64,000 nt of DNA from an uncultured Gammaproteobacteria bacterium (GTDB lineage: Bacteria; Patescibacteriota; Microgenomatia; UBA8517). The stretch lies in assembly GCA_964463425.1 (NCBI GenBank), contig CAYXBV010000001.1, forward strand, positions 55,547 to 119,546, in the 5' to 3' direction. Below, piece by piece: positions 22,238-31,781 of the stretch. The notes beneath the pieces are model-generated. The model worked only from the letters and a program-made list of their open reading frames with translations. It was not told the DNA's origin and made no database searches. Every line of letters begins with the position of its first letter. The stretch's first letter is position 1. A program made the translations under genes and the position numbers.

Positions 22238-22930
22238 ATGAATGAAGACCTGGCCCAAAAAGCAATCGCCGCAGCCCTTAAAGCAAGCTGGAAAGATGCT
22301 GTAAACCTCAATAAACAAATTCTCAAAAAGGATTCTAAGGATGTGGATGCGCTCAATCGCTTGGCAAGAGCTTTTTCCGAAGTAGGTGAAATAATTAAGG
22401 CCAAAAAAACAGCTAAAAAAGTAATTAATATTGACCCTCACAATACAATTGCCACTAAGGCTTTAGCAAAATGGAAAGAACTCAGGGAAGGAGAAAAAAC
22501 AAATCCTTCTAAGTTTTCTGCTCGTGCTTTTCTGGAAGAACCAGGCAAAACCAAGATTGTTTCTCTGCTGCACTTAGGAGACTGTGGCAAGGTAATTGCC
22601 AACCTTGATTCTGGCGATGAAGTTAAATTCAAAATAGGTAATCACAGAATCTCTGTTTGCACAGACACCAAAAAGTATATCGGTCGATTACCAGACGACG
22701 TTTCTGTCAGTCTTATTAAACTAATTAAAGCAGGCAACAAATATCAGGCTTTTGTTAAATCTTCTAGCCCCCAAGAAGTAAAGGTGTTTATTCGCGAAAC
22801 AAAAAGGGTCAAAGAAGTAGCCGATATTCCATCATTCACCTCTGAAAAAATTAACTATATTTCCTTTACTCCACCTGAGCTTATTCACAAAAAAGAATCC
22901 CTGAAGAATTCTGTGACTGACGAAGACTAA
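22238..22930 (+). CDS. TPR-repeat protein with a C-terminal HIRAN-like beta domain
   Basis: DVDALNRLARA..KVINIDPHN TPR; FLEEPGKTK; YIGRLPDD. Confidence 0.7.
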   Translation: MNEDLAQKAIAAALKASWKDAVNLNKQILKKDSKDVDALNRLARAFSEVGEIIKAKKTAKKVINIDPHNTIATKALAKWKELREGEKTNPSKFSARAFLEEPGKTKIVSLLHLGDCGKVIANLDSGDEVKFKIGNHRISVCTDTKKYIGRLPDDVSVSLIKLIKAGNKYQAFVKSSSPQEVKVFIRETKRVKEVADIPSFTSEKINYISFTPPELIHKKESLKNSVTDED

Positions 22931-23859
22931 AATCTCTTTGAAAATTCTTTCCCTATCTTGATTTCTAGATCAAAATTGCCTTCTGGTTCAACTCTCATAT
23001 TTTTGCAGGAAAAAACTTGAACAATTTCATCTAACAACTCTTTGTCTTTTCCTTTTACTTCGCAATCGGAATTATCCGCTTCTTCTTTCTTTATGTTTGC
23101 TAATTTCACACCCATTACTTCGACTACTTCTCCTATTTCCTCTGCAACGTTTGGTGTATCCGTTGAATCATATATCACCACTGTTGCCCCTTCACTAGAA
23201 ATACATGGGTTAGAAAAAAGGGCGATAATATAGTTGGGTAGTCGACCTGCCAAAACATATCCTTCATCTCCTCCAATCAATGTCACCTTTTTAAGGATAT
23301 TCCCTTCCGCAAAAGAAATATTCTCTCTTTTTAAATTTTTAATTCTTGCAGACATTAGGCCCATTTTAATCCTATCCCCTATTCCCAAATTAGTTTTGTA
23401 TGGCATTAGACTTGCCTTAATTATTCCAGGTAAATCACCTTCTGCAAAACCCAAGGCCGGGGCGTCTGCCCACGCTGCCACAGGTAATTTAAAATGCTTA
23501 ACAATTGTCTCTGCTAATAGTTGCCCCTCCATATTCTCATTTTCTCCCAGTTCCCTTACGCTCCCAAGTTTCCATCGCCCCAGTTGTCTGGCTACCTCAA
23601 CCTCCGTATTCTTTGGTATCGTAATGTTGGTAATTTTTTCAAGTGAAGGGTTAAAAACAGTAACAACAACGTCACCGCTTTCTTTTTCAATAACTAAGAA
23701 TGTTTCTGCGGAAGATTTCCAATATTTAGTTCTGAGGGTAATCAAAAGGAAAATAAAAAGAGGTATTAAAAGCAAACAAAACAATTTAAAATATTTACGT
23801 TTTCCATTCTTTCGCGCTTGTTTTTTGACGCGTTTTTTTCGTCTTTGGGCAGGTGACAT
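22927..23859 (-). CDS. Membrane-anchored protein with a degenerate LCP-like domain and LytR_C-like C-terminus
   Basis: Basic N-terminus plus TM; ITIPKNT; C-terminal DLEIKIGKEF. Confidence 0.55.
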   Translation of the reverse strand: MSPAQRRKKRVKKQARKNGKRKYFKLFCLLLIPLFIFLLITLRTKYWKSSAETFLVIEKESGDVVVTVFNPSLEKITNITIPKNTEVEVARQLGRWKLGSVRELGENENMEGQLLAETIVKHFKLPVAAWADAPALGFAEGDLPGIIKASLMPYKTNLGIGDRIKMGLMSARIKNLKRENISFAEGNILKKVTLIGGDEGYVLAGRLPNYIIALFSNPCISSEGATVVIYDSTDTPNVAEEIGEVVEVMGVKLANIKKEEADNSDCEVKGKDKELLDEIVQVFSCKNMRVEPEGNFDLEIKIGKEFSKRF

Positions 23860-23954
23860 AAGATTGGTAACTAGCTATAATTTTTTTATTAAAACCTATC
23901 TGTCTATATCTAGTTTAGAATAATTTCTAGCCGTGTGTAAAGAAGCATGAAAAG

Positions 23955-24662
23955 TCAGTCCTCCAAAAGAGTAAGTTTTTGTAACACTTTGTCTAAATCA
24001 TGAGGAAGTTTCGCTTCAAATGATATTTTCTCGCCAGTCTTTGGGTGAGCAAACATAATACTTTTTGCGTGAAGAAATAGCCTCGGACACCATTCCTTGT
24101 CATCTCGAGAGGTTTTTCGACCAGCATAAAAATCATCAGCAACTAGCGGGTAACCTAAATATTTCATATGTATTCTGATTTGGTGTGTTCTTCCTGTCTT
24201 AGGAAACACATTTACTAAACTATATATTCCCTGGTTGTTTTTGTAATAGCTAATCACTTCATAATTAGTTTCAGCTGAGCGTCCGCCAGGCAAAACCCCA
24301 AAACGCTCCTTGTTCCACGGAAGTCTACCAACTGGGGCCGTTATTTGACCCTTTTTAATATCTAATTTCCCATGCACCAAGCACTGATAGCTCTTTTCTG
24401 TCTGCCTTTCTTTGAACTGTCTTTGGAGATTTGTAAAAGCTTGTTCCGATTTGGCAACAATCAATACTCCGCTAGTTGGCTTATCTAGTCTGTGAACAAT
24501 GCCGGCTCTATCACCGATTCCATTATCTTTGAGTTTTAAATATTTTTCTAACCAATCTTGCAAGGTGGGATTTTTCGTTGTGTTAGCTCTATTGACTACC
24601 ACGCCTGAAGGTTTGTTCAATATAATTATGTCTTTATCCTCAAATATAATTTTTGTATCCAT
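23955..24662 (-). CDS. RluA/RluD family pseudouridine synthase (no S4 domain)
   Basis: NKPSG, IVHRLDKPTSG, TGRTHQIRIH, LFLHA. Confidence 0.93.
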   Translation of the reverse strand: MDTKIIFEDKDIIILNKPSGVVVNRANTTKNPTLQDWLEKYLKLKDNGIGDRAGIVHRLDKPTSGVLIVAKSEQAFTNLQRQFKERQTEKSYQCLVHGKLDIKKGQITAPVGRLPWNKERFGVLPGGRSAETNYEVISYYKNNQGIYSLVNVFPKTGRTHQIRIHMKYLGYPLVADDFYAGRKTSRDDKEWCPRLFLHAKSIMFAHPKTGEKISFEAKLPHDLDKVLQKLTLLED

Positions 24663-24687
24663 GTATATATAGTATCACCTACTCAAT

Positions 24688-24707
24688 AAAAAACCGCCCG
24701 TTGGCGG
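24688..24707 (-). terminator. Intrinsic terminator after the DksA/TraR-like gene
   Basis: Minus strand CCGCC-aacg-GGCGG followed by T6. Confidence 0.7.
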
Positions 24708-24734
24708 ATACTGTCTACTAAGCTTAACTTGTAC

Positions 24735-25154
24735 TTATTTTTCTCTCTTTGCCTGACATTTTGCACAAAGAGTAGCTTCAGGGTAAACCATTAGTCTGTC
24801 TGTGTCGATCAATTCATTACAGTCTTCGCAATGCCCGTATTTGCCAATCTTGATACGTTTTAATGCTTTCTTTGTTTGGACCATTTTTCTTTCTAGTTGC
24901 TCTTTAATAGCTGATGTCCTTGCGTGCCCAAACTGTTCGGCGGCATCTGTGTCTGGAGAAGCGTTGTCCATAACCCTTGATGTGTCTTTAAACGGGTCTT
25001 CTTTCTCTATTTCGGTTTTCGTCTTTTCAAGTTTTTTCAACTTTCCCTGCAAGAACTTGCCAACAGGAGCCAAAAGTTTTGCGGGAATTTGAATAACACT
25101 TCCCTTTTTCTTCTTACTACTTGTTTTTGATTTGGTCTTTTTTTTGTTTTTCAT
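24735..25154 (-). CDS. TraR/DksA C4-type zinc-finger protein
   Basis: Coiled coil with acidic tip (PDTDAAE), then AL.RI..G.YG.CEDC..I...RL...P.ATLCAKC. Confidence 0.88.
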   Translation of the reverse strand: MKNKKKTKSKTSSKKKKGSVIQIPAKLLAPVGKFLQGKLKKLEKTKTEIEKEDPFKDTSRVMDNASPDTDAAEQFGHARTSAIKEQLERKMVQTKKALKRIKIGKYGHCEDCNELIDTDRLMVYPEATLCAKCQAKREK

Positions 25155-25750
25155 GCTTGTTGTCTTGATAAGTTAAATACTAACAAAAATGAAGTGAAAG
25201 CTATCACTCCAGAGATGATACTGTCTATTGGACCCAAAAAGGATAGCATAGAAGGAAAGCCAGCTGCAACTGCTGTCCTAATTAGGAAAAACACACCCAG
25301 TGTGGTTAGTCCGGAAAAACCTACCTTGCCTGATTTATACCATGTAAATTTTTTATAATGTGTATCGAGAAATACATAAAAAGCAATAATTACCAGCAAT
25401 ACTACAAAGGCGATCAGTGAAGACCAGCTGGAATTTAATATAGCGTCTTGTAGAAAAATAACAGACAGCCAAGGCAACAATCCTATCGTCACTGCCTCCA
25501 GGTTTTCAAAAAATCTAAATTTAAACCTTAATCTACCAAGGACAAATCCTAGGGTTGCCCCCAAACAGTCTGCCCAAAACCACCACTGAGGCAATACCTT
25601 CTGAGATATAAAACTGAATATAATCACACCTAGGGCAACAAACAGGGCAAATGTAAATATTCTGCTTGAGTCATAATCTTCTTTAAGTTTTCTCCAAAAT
25701 AAAAAGAAGAAAAGTAGTATTCCTACTATATTAAATGCTATCTTCATCAT
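25151..25750 (-). CDS. Membrane protein, distantly Lgt-like
   Basis: About six TM helices; FTWYKSGKVGF motif. Confidence 0.5.
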   Translation of the reverse strand: MMKIAFNIVGILLFFFLFWRKLKEDYDSSRIFTFALFVALGVIIFSFISQKVLPQWWFWADCLGATLGFVLGRLRFKFRFFENLEAVTIGLLPWLSVIFLQDAILNSSWSSLIAFVVLLVIIAFYVFLDTHYKKFTWYKSGKVGFSGLTTLGVFFLIRTAVAAGFPSMLSFLGPIDSIISGVIAFTSFLLVFNLSRQQA

Positions 25751-25844
25751 CGTTGTGTTTATTCTGTTTCTAAATTATATCAAGTTATCATAACTTCTCC
25801 CATATTTGACTTTGACAATGCTCAAACGTTATCATTTTTACATC

Positions 25845-26306
25845 GTGCTAGAAACACCACATGTTATCGTAGGAGCAGCTATTGCTACCAAAATTGCCAA
25901 TCCCCTTCTCTCTATTCCGCTAGCGTTTGGTAGCCATTTTCTTCTAGACAGAATACCTCACTGGAATCCCCACCTTAATACGGAAATGAAGAAGCACGGA
26001 AAACCTACTAAGAAGAGTTCTTTCATTGTCGTCGCAGATGTTTGCACGGCTCTCTTTGTTGGATTTTTCATCGCATCTAAAGCTATGCCCGATATGGCAC
26101 ATGCTGCCACAATTTTAGCCGCATCATTTGCGGCGGTCTTACCTGATGTCATGGAAGGTCCATACTTTTTTTTGGGAATAAAAAGTAAATTTATTGATAA
26201 ATGGATTGCTTTTCAAAAATCCATACAAGCTGATACAAATTTCGTTCCGGGAATTTTGACGCAAGTGCTTACTGTTGCCGCGGCTTTCTGGTGGATTTTT
26301 GCCTGA
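25845..26306 (+). CDS. Membrane-bound metal-dependent hydrolase-like protein
   Basis: H..VGAAIA, SHFLLDRIPH, LPD; GTG 25845 likely start. Confidence 0.65.
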   Translation: MLETPHVIVGAAIATKIANPLLSIPLAFGSHFLLDRIPHWNPHLNTEMKKHGKPTKKSSFIVVADVCTALFVGFFIASKAMPDMAHAATILAASFAAVLPDVMEGPYFFLGIKSKFIDKWIAFQKSIQADTNFVPGILTQVLTVAAAFWWIFA

Positions 26307-26310
26307 AGTT

Positions 26311-26877
26311 TTACTTGTCGGTCACTCTCTCTACATACTCACCGTTCCTTGTGTCTACTCTTATCTTATCGCCCGTTTTTATAAATAACGGAACTCTGAG
26401 TTGTATGTCATTTTCCAAAATCGCCGGTTTATATAAATTAGTCGCGGAATTGCCTTTTACTCCAGGGGCTGTTTCTTTTATCGTTAGGGTTACTTTAGGA
26501 GAGATTTCAATTGATAGTGGTTTATCGTCCCAAAACAGGATGTCTGCATTTTCACCTTCCTTAATGTATGGAAGTTCTTCCTTGGCTATACTGATGGGGA
26601 TTTCAACTTGGCCAAAAGTTTTTGGATCCATAAATACCGCGTTACCGCCTTCTTGATAAAGATACTGCATACTTCTTTTTTGTGTATTTATATTTTCAAC
26701 TTTTGCCGCTGAATTAATTGTCTTTTCAATCTGATTTCCAGTCTCAAGATTACGTATGACCAACTTGACCAACCCCCCACCTCTACCAATCTTTTGATGA
26801 GTATATTTAATAACCTTAAATGGCTTTCCATTCATAAGAAAAGCGATCCCGTTTTTTAAATTTGTTGCTTCAATCAT
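26311..26877 (-). CDS. efp: Elongation factor P
   Basis: LKNG, KIGRGG loop, YLY, PGVKGNSA, VPLFI..GD.IRVDTRNGEY. Confidence 0.95.
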   Translation of the reverse strand: MIEATNLKNGIAFLMNGKPFKVIKYTHQKIGRGGGLVKLVIRNLETGNQIEKTINSAAKVENINTQKRSMQYLYQEGGNAVFMDPKTFGQVEIPISIAKEELPYIKEGENADILFWDDKPLSIEISPKVTLTIKETAPGVKGNSATNLYKPAILENDIQLRVPLFIKTGDKIRVDTRNGEYVERVTDK

Positions 26878-26999
26878 TTTATTAATTATCCAGAGGTTAT
26901 TTTATCTTTAATAAGGTCCTAAAACAAGGCCATTTCCTTTGAATAAAAGCAATTATTTGATAAAATATACTACTCACGAATTATTAAATCACTTCTTAT

Positions 27000-27085
27000 G
27001 CCGAGGTGGCGGAATTGGCAGACGCGCGAGACTCAAAATCTCGTGGTATGAAAGTACCGTGTGGGTTCGACTCCCACCTTCGGCA
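27000..27085 (+). tRNA. tRNA-Leu(CAA)
   Basis: Acceptor GCCGAGG/CTTCGGC, anticodon arm CGAGA-CTCAAAA-TCTCG, long variable arm, GTTCGAC; CCA not encoded. Confidence 0.95.
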
Positions 27086-27123
27086 CACAGAACTTATTGA
27101 TTTTCCTCAGTGTAAACACGTTG

Positions 27124-28446
27124 TTATGCAGGCCTTTTCATTTCTCGCCCGTAAAACTTGATTCTATCGCCCCTGAAAAATAGCTTGATAGATTTGAGCG
27201 GACCATTTCGATGCTTAGCAATGTCTAGAACAATATTTTCTGGCTTATCGTCGTCTTCTTTCCATAAAAACATCACGACGTCGGCATCCTGCTCAATGCT
27301 TCCAGACTCTCTTAAATCGGCCAGCTGAGGCCTCTTGTCACCTCTGTGTTCAACCGCCCGAGAAAGTTGAGACAGAGCCAGCACAGGAAGTTTTAATTCT
27401 CTTGCTAAATTTTTCAAACCCTGAGATATTTCAGAAACCTCTTGAACTCTGTTTTCTAGTTGTCTGCTACGAGCAAGCTGAAGATAATCAACAACTAACA
27501 TATCAACTCCTTTTTCAACCTGCAATCTTCTTGCCTTAGTTCTCATTTCAAGAATCGATAAAGCCGGTGTATCGTCTATATATAGTGGTGCTTCAGCCAG
27601 TTCCCCCATTGCGTTTGATAGTTTCGTAAAATCACTTTCTGAAAGCTTCCCTGTTTTTAATCTCCAAGCATCAATATCAGCTTGCGTAACCAAAAGTCTA
27701 TCAACCAACTCTTCTCGGCTCATCTCAAGAGAAAAAAATCCTACTGGACGATCATGTTTAACAGCCAGGTTTTGAGCGATGTTCAATGCCAAAGAAGTTT
27801 TTCCCATACCAGGCCTTGCCGCTAACACTATAAGGTTAGATCTTTGCATTCCAGCTAAAGTATCGTCCAAGTCTTTAAAACCCGTTGGCACTCCTCGCAG
27901 CCCTTCGGCTTGCTTATGAAGTTCATCTAATCTATCAAAGCTCTCTGTTAAGGCATCTCTAACAGAAGTAAATGCTTGAGTTAAATGTCTTTGAGTAAGT
28001 GCAAATACGGCAGACTCTGCTTTATCTAATAACTCATTGGCTGCTAAGCTGTCATCCATTGAGAAATCGACCAATTTTGTTGCCGCCACCATGAGTGATC
28101 TTTTTGTTGCAGCATCTTTAACTATTTTTCCATAATGCTCTACGTGTGCTGCTGTCGGTACCTTGTTGGCTATCTCTGCTAAATAACTTGCCCCACCAAT
28201 CTTTTTTAAAGTTTTTTTCTTTTTTAATCTTTCTGCAACAGTTAAAACATCTATTGGAATTCGCTCTTCATACAAATCAATACAACTATCGAAAATTGCT
28301 TTGTGTCGTTCGTCATAAAAATCTTCTGAGGCCAAAAATTCAGCAACCGCGATAATAGCGTCTTTGTCTAACAGTAAAGCTCCAAGAACCGACTCTTCGG
28401 CTTCATTTGAATGTGGAGGAATTCTGACTTTTAATTGATCTGCCAT
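27124..28446 (-). CDS. dnaB: Replicative DNA helicase DnaB
   Basis: PPHS.EAEESVLG, AARPGMGKT, FSLEMS, VDYLQL, SQLSR, DLRESGSIEQDAD, AKHRNGP; no intein. Confidence 0.97.
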   Translation of the reverse strand: MADQLKVRIPPHSNEAEESVLGALLLDKDAIIAVAEFLASEDFYDERHKAIFDSCIDLYEERIPIDVLTVAERLKKKKTLKKIGGASYLAEIANKVPTAAHVEHYGKIVKDAATKRSLMVAATKLVDFSMDDSLAANELLDKAESAVFALTQRHLTQAFTSVRDALTESFDRLDELHKQAEGLRGVPTGFKDLDDTLAGMQRSNLIVLAARPGMGKTSLALNIAQNLAVKHDRPVGFFSLEMSREELVDRLLVTQADIDAWRLKTGKLSESDFTKLSNAMGELAEAPLYIDDTPALSILEMRTKARRLQVEKGVDMLVVDYLQLARSRQLENRVQEVSEISQGLKNLARELKLPVLALSQLSRAVEHRGDKRPQLADLRESGSIEQDADVVMFLWKEDDDKPENIVLDIAKHRNGPLKSIKLFFRGDRIKFYGREMKRPA

Positions 28447-28500
28447 AGTTGGTTTGTAACAAAAAAAATACGATTAGTAAAGTTTGTTTCCGGGCAGATG

Positions 28501-29151
28501 CTATTGCTTGCTCTCTAATAATACAACTTTCTGTTCTTCTTCTAATACGCTACTTGATATTGTTAGTTTCTTTAATTTCTCAACCGGCAAGCTTATCTGT
28601 GTCAAAAATGGCTCTACCGAAGCCAGTTTTGCAAATGTTGTTGGGTTTAATTTAGGAACCATATAATGCATAGGAATAACAATTTTGGGTTCAATCATAC
28701 GGGATATCTCAGTTGCCTTAACCGCATCAATTGTATACTCTCCCCCAACAGGAACCATTAAAACATCTACGCTCCCAACCTTTTCAATAAATTTTTCTGA
28801 AAGCTTATGTCCTAAATCTCCCAAATGAACAATTCTTAACTTGTCCATTTCAATTACATATATTGTGTTCTTTCCTCTTTTCGCTCCTTTTTGATTGTCA
28901 TGAAAAGAAGCTATACCAATAATAGATACTCCGTTAATCTCATATTCTCCTGGTCCAGAAATTACTTTTTTGACATCTTTAACTAACTCCACCCTATTGT
29001 GGTCTTTATGCTTATGCGAAATAGTAACAATATCTGCAGAAACTTTTGGAAAAGGAAAGCCAACTGATTTGGGGTCAAACGGATCAATAACAACACTGGA
29101 TGTCTTACCCTTTAAGCGAAATGAAGAATGTCCTAAATATGTTATATCCAT
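28501..29151 (-). CDS. MBL-fold metallo-hydrolase (Lactamase_B_3-like)
   Basis: YLGHSSF, SHKHKDH, HLGDLGH, PVGG, IPMHY. Confidence 0.9.
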   Translation of the reverse strand: MDITYLGHSSFRLKGKTSSVVIDPFDPKSVGFPFPKVSADIVTISHKHKDHNRVELVKDVKKVISGPGEYEINGVSIIGIASFHDNQKGAKRGKNTIYVIEMDKLRIVHLGDLGHKLSEKFIEKVGSVDVLMVPVGGEYTIDAVKATEISRMIEPKIVIPMHYMVPKLNPTTFAKLASVEPFLTQISLPVEKLKKLTISSSVLEEEQKVVLLESKQ

Positions 29152-29276
29152 TGTTTAAAAAATATTTTTAGCCTATCAAGGCATACTATCAAACCCCTAA
29201 CGGCTTGACAACAATTAATTGTTGAAATATATTAGTCACAGCCTATCAATAAAGGCCATTTTGTATTGTTTGCTAT

Positions 29277-29714
29277 ATGCGTAAAGAAATACTATTTGCC
29301 ATTCTCGCAGGAATAACCTTTGGGCTAATCATTGCCTTCGGGGTATGGAGAGCCAATATTGCCTTGAGACCTGAGGGGGCAAACACAACAGAAGACGGCA
29401 CCGCTTCAGAAATAGTTCCAGCAGATTTTGGAATAACAATTGCCAAGCCCGAAAACTACCAAGTCATCACATCTTCCCCAACTGTTCTTACCGGTATTAC
29501 TAAGCCAAACGTACTGCTAGTAACTTCAACTGAAAACGAAGATTATGTTGTAAAGACAAACGGCGATGGTGAATTTGAAGTTGAAATTGATGTTGTCGGT
29601 GGAATAAATGAAGTTATCTTAACAGCCTTTGACACAGATGGGACAGAAACAGAAGAAAGACTAACCCTTATATACTCATCTGAACTTACAAAGCAAGAGG
29701 AGGAAGAAAACTAA
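29277..29714 (+). CDS. Membrane-anchored protein with an Ig-like beta domain
   Basis: N-terminal TM; GITKP, DGEF, G.NEV.LTA.D pattern. Confidence 0.65.
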   Translation: MRKEILFAILAGITFGLIIAFGVWRANIALRPEGANTTEDGTASEIVPADFGITIAKPENYQVITSSPTVLTGITKPNVLLVTSTENEDYVVKTNGDGEFEVEIDVVGGINEVILTAFDTDGTETEERLTLIYSSELTKQEEEEN

Positions 29715-30364
29715 TGAAAAAAATACTTATATTTTTGTCATTATTAATATTAATTACCACGACTGCTTATGTTGCCTTAGCCCAAGAAACATCTACAGAA
29801 GAAGCAAACTCAGTTAGAGATACCGTTCAAAAGAAAGTCGAAGAAGCAAGAACCGTTCCTTTTGCCTATATTGGCACTGTTACCGACATAGCTGAACAAA
29901 CAATACAAATTAACAAATTTATCTTTAGTAGCACTAACGAGGATGCTGGAGAGATCCAACAAATTTCAGTTGATGAAGAAAATACGGATTTTGTAAAAAT
30001 AACCAAAAACACAACTGTGGTGAATTTTTCAGATTTAGCCATTGGTGATTTTGTTATTGCCATGGGATACAGAAATGGCAATAGTGTTCTAGAAGGATCT
30101 CGAATACTGATTACTACCGCTCCTGAACCCACCACTCGAAAAGCTGTCTTTGGTGAACCGACTGAAATAGGCAAGAAAACACTAACTATAACTGCATTAT
30201 CAGGCAAAGAATGGGAAGTTGAATTCGGCTCAAAATGGGTTGGCCCCGAACTTGATAACATTCAAGATGAAGATAAAATAATTGTTGTAGGTACAACTGA
30301 GGGCAATACACTCAGTGCCAGATTTATACACATAATTACTCCAGCAGTAGAAACAACTCAATAA
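29714..30364 (+). CDS. Exported protein with two OB-like (DUF5666-like) repeats
   Basis: Signal peptide; G.VTDI, DLAIGDFVIAMG, IIVVG..EGN.L.A..I. Confidence 0.6.
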   Translation: MKKILIFLSLLILITTTAYVALAQETSTEEANSVRDTVQKKVEEARTVPFAYIGTVTDIAEQTIQINKFIFSSTNEDAGEIQQISVDEENTDFVKITKNTTVVNFSDLAIGDFVIAMGYRNGNSVLEGSRILITTAPEPTTRKAVFGEPTEIGKKTLTITALSGKEWEVEFGSKWVGPELDNIQDEDKIIVVGTTEGNTLSARFIHIITPAVETTQ

Positions 30365-30365
30365 T

Positions 30366-30394
30366 TTGACTACACGATTTCACTAAAGTATCAT
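30366..30394 (+). promoter_or_regulatory. Sigma70-type promoter of the his leader/hisS
   Basis: TTGACT-17 bp-TATCAT. Confidence 0.7.
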
Positions 30395-30403
30395 ACCCTC
30401 ATT

Positions 30404-30451
30404 ATGAGAAAGCAATCTAACATGCAATTACATTTTCACCCATCAGCCTGA
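30404..30451 (+). CDS. Putative His leader peptide MRKQSNMQLHFHPSA
   Basis: 15-codon ORF between the promoter and hisS, with His codons CAT (30431) and CAC (30437) inside attenuator segment 1. Confidence 0.7.
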   Translation: MRKQSNMQLHFHPSA

Positions 30452-30503
30452 AGTTGGGTGGTAATTTGCGTGGTTAACTTACCAGCCAACAGGCTGGTTT
30501 TTT
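30421..30503 (+). promoter_or_regulatory. Transcription attenuator upstream of hisS
   Basis: Mutually exclusive helices: 1:2 CATGCAATTAC..CACCCA / TGGGTGGTAATTTGCGTG; 2:3 GTTGGGTGGTAA / TTACCAGCCAAC (11/12); 3:4 ACCAGCC-aaca-GGCTGGT plus T-run. Confidence 0.78.
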
Positions 30504-30521
30504 AGTGGAGAAACAGATAAC

Positions 30522-31781
30522 ATGATAAATAACATGGGAAATACAAATAATTCAAAAATGCAGACTCTAAAAGGGTTTAGAGATTTTTTGCCTAAGAAAA
30601 TGGCTATCAGGCAAGAAGTTGCAAATCGTCTCAAAACCGTCTTTGAGAAATACGGGTTTGCAGAACTTCAAACACCTTCCTTGGAATATCAAGAGGTTCT
30701 TCGCGGCAAGTACGGGGAAGCAGCTGAGAAATTAATGTATCTATTTGAAGACCCAGGCGGAAGGGGTGTTGGGTTACGTTATGACTTAACCGTTCCCCTA
30801 GCACGCGTAATTGCGTCAAATCAAAACTTGCCTAAACCATTCAAAAGATACCAAATACAGCCAGCTTGGCGAGCAGAAAAACCACAAAAGGGACGATATC
30901 GAGAATTTACTCAGTGCGACATAGACATTGTAGGCTCGGATTCGCCCATGGCTGACGCAGAAATTCTAGCTATTACTTCCGATGTTTTAAAGGCGCTTGA
31001 ATTCTCATCCTTTAGAATTAAGGTTAATAGTCGACAAGTCCTTTTCTCTTCAATGAAAAAGGTCGGACTACCAGAAGAAAAATGGGCCACCGTTATTCAA
31101 TCAATCGATAAGTTGGATAAAAAGGGGCAAGAGGGTGTTGAAAAAGAACTCTCTGAAAAGGGACTGACAGAAAAAGAAGTAACTGCTGTACTAACTGAAA
31201 TCCAGGGAGCAAAACCCAACGATTTTCTGAAAGAGGTAATTAAAAACGCAGAGAAAATGGGAGCTAAAAATATTGAATTTTCGCCGACGCTTTCCAGAGG
31301 TTTAGATTATTACACTGGTCCTATTTTTGAAACAGTCGTCGACAAACCTAAAATCGGATCAATTACTGGTGGAGGTAGATATGATGAATTACTAAGCACT
31401 CTGGGCGGACCAGACTTGCCAGCCACCGGCACATCGTTTGGACTCGACAGACTGGCCGATGTTATTGAAGAACTAGATTTATGGCCAAACATTGCGGAAA
31501 CTCCCACGGCTGTTTTGGTAACCATTTTTGCACCCGAATTATTAGACGAGTCACTTAAGATTGCAAACATGCTTCGAGAGGAAGACATTAACACCGAAGT
31601 CTATCTCAATAGTAGTGCCAAGCTCGACAAGCAACTGAAATATGCCGATCGAAAAAATATTCCCTGGGTAATTATTATTGGTCCCGAGGAAATTAAGACT
31701 GACAAAGCAGTTCTTAAAAACCTAGCCAACAGGGAACAAAAAACTATTTCTATTAATAATCTTACCAACGAACTACGATGA
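30522..31781 (+). CDS. hisS: Histidyl-tRNA synthetase
   Basis: GFRDFLP, LRYDLTVP, WRAEKPQKGRYREFTQCD, RGLDYYTG, GGGRYD; start could be 30534 or 30558. Confidence 0.97.
   Translation: MINNMGNTNNSKMQTLKGFRDFLPKKMAIRQEVANRLKTVFEKYGFAELQTPSLEYQEVLRGKYGEAAEKLMYLFEDPGGRGVGLRYDLTVPLARVIASNQNLPKPFKRYQIQPAWRAEKPQKGRYREFTQCDIDIVGSDSPMADAEILAITSDVLKALEFSSFRIKVNSRQVLFSSMKKVGLPEEKWATVIQSIDKLDKKGQEGVEKELSEKGLTEKEVTAVLTEIQGAKPNDFLKEVIKNAEKMGAKNIEFSPTLSRGLDYYTGPIFETVVDKPKIGSITGGGRYDELLSTLGGPDLPATGTSFGLDRLADVIEELDLWPNIAETPTAVLVTIFAPELLDESLKIANMLREEDINTEVYLNSSAKLDKQLKYADRKNIPWVIIIGPEEIKTDKAVLKNLANREQKTISINNLTNELR

Noticed and set aside
30404-30503. T-box riboswitch upstream of hisS
   Set aside because: Too short for stem I and lacks a proper AAGGTGGNACC-type T-box; the leader-peptide model explains the pairings better.
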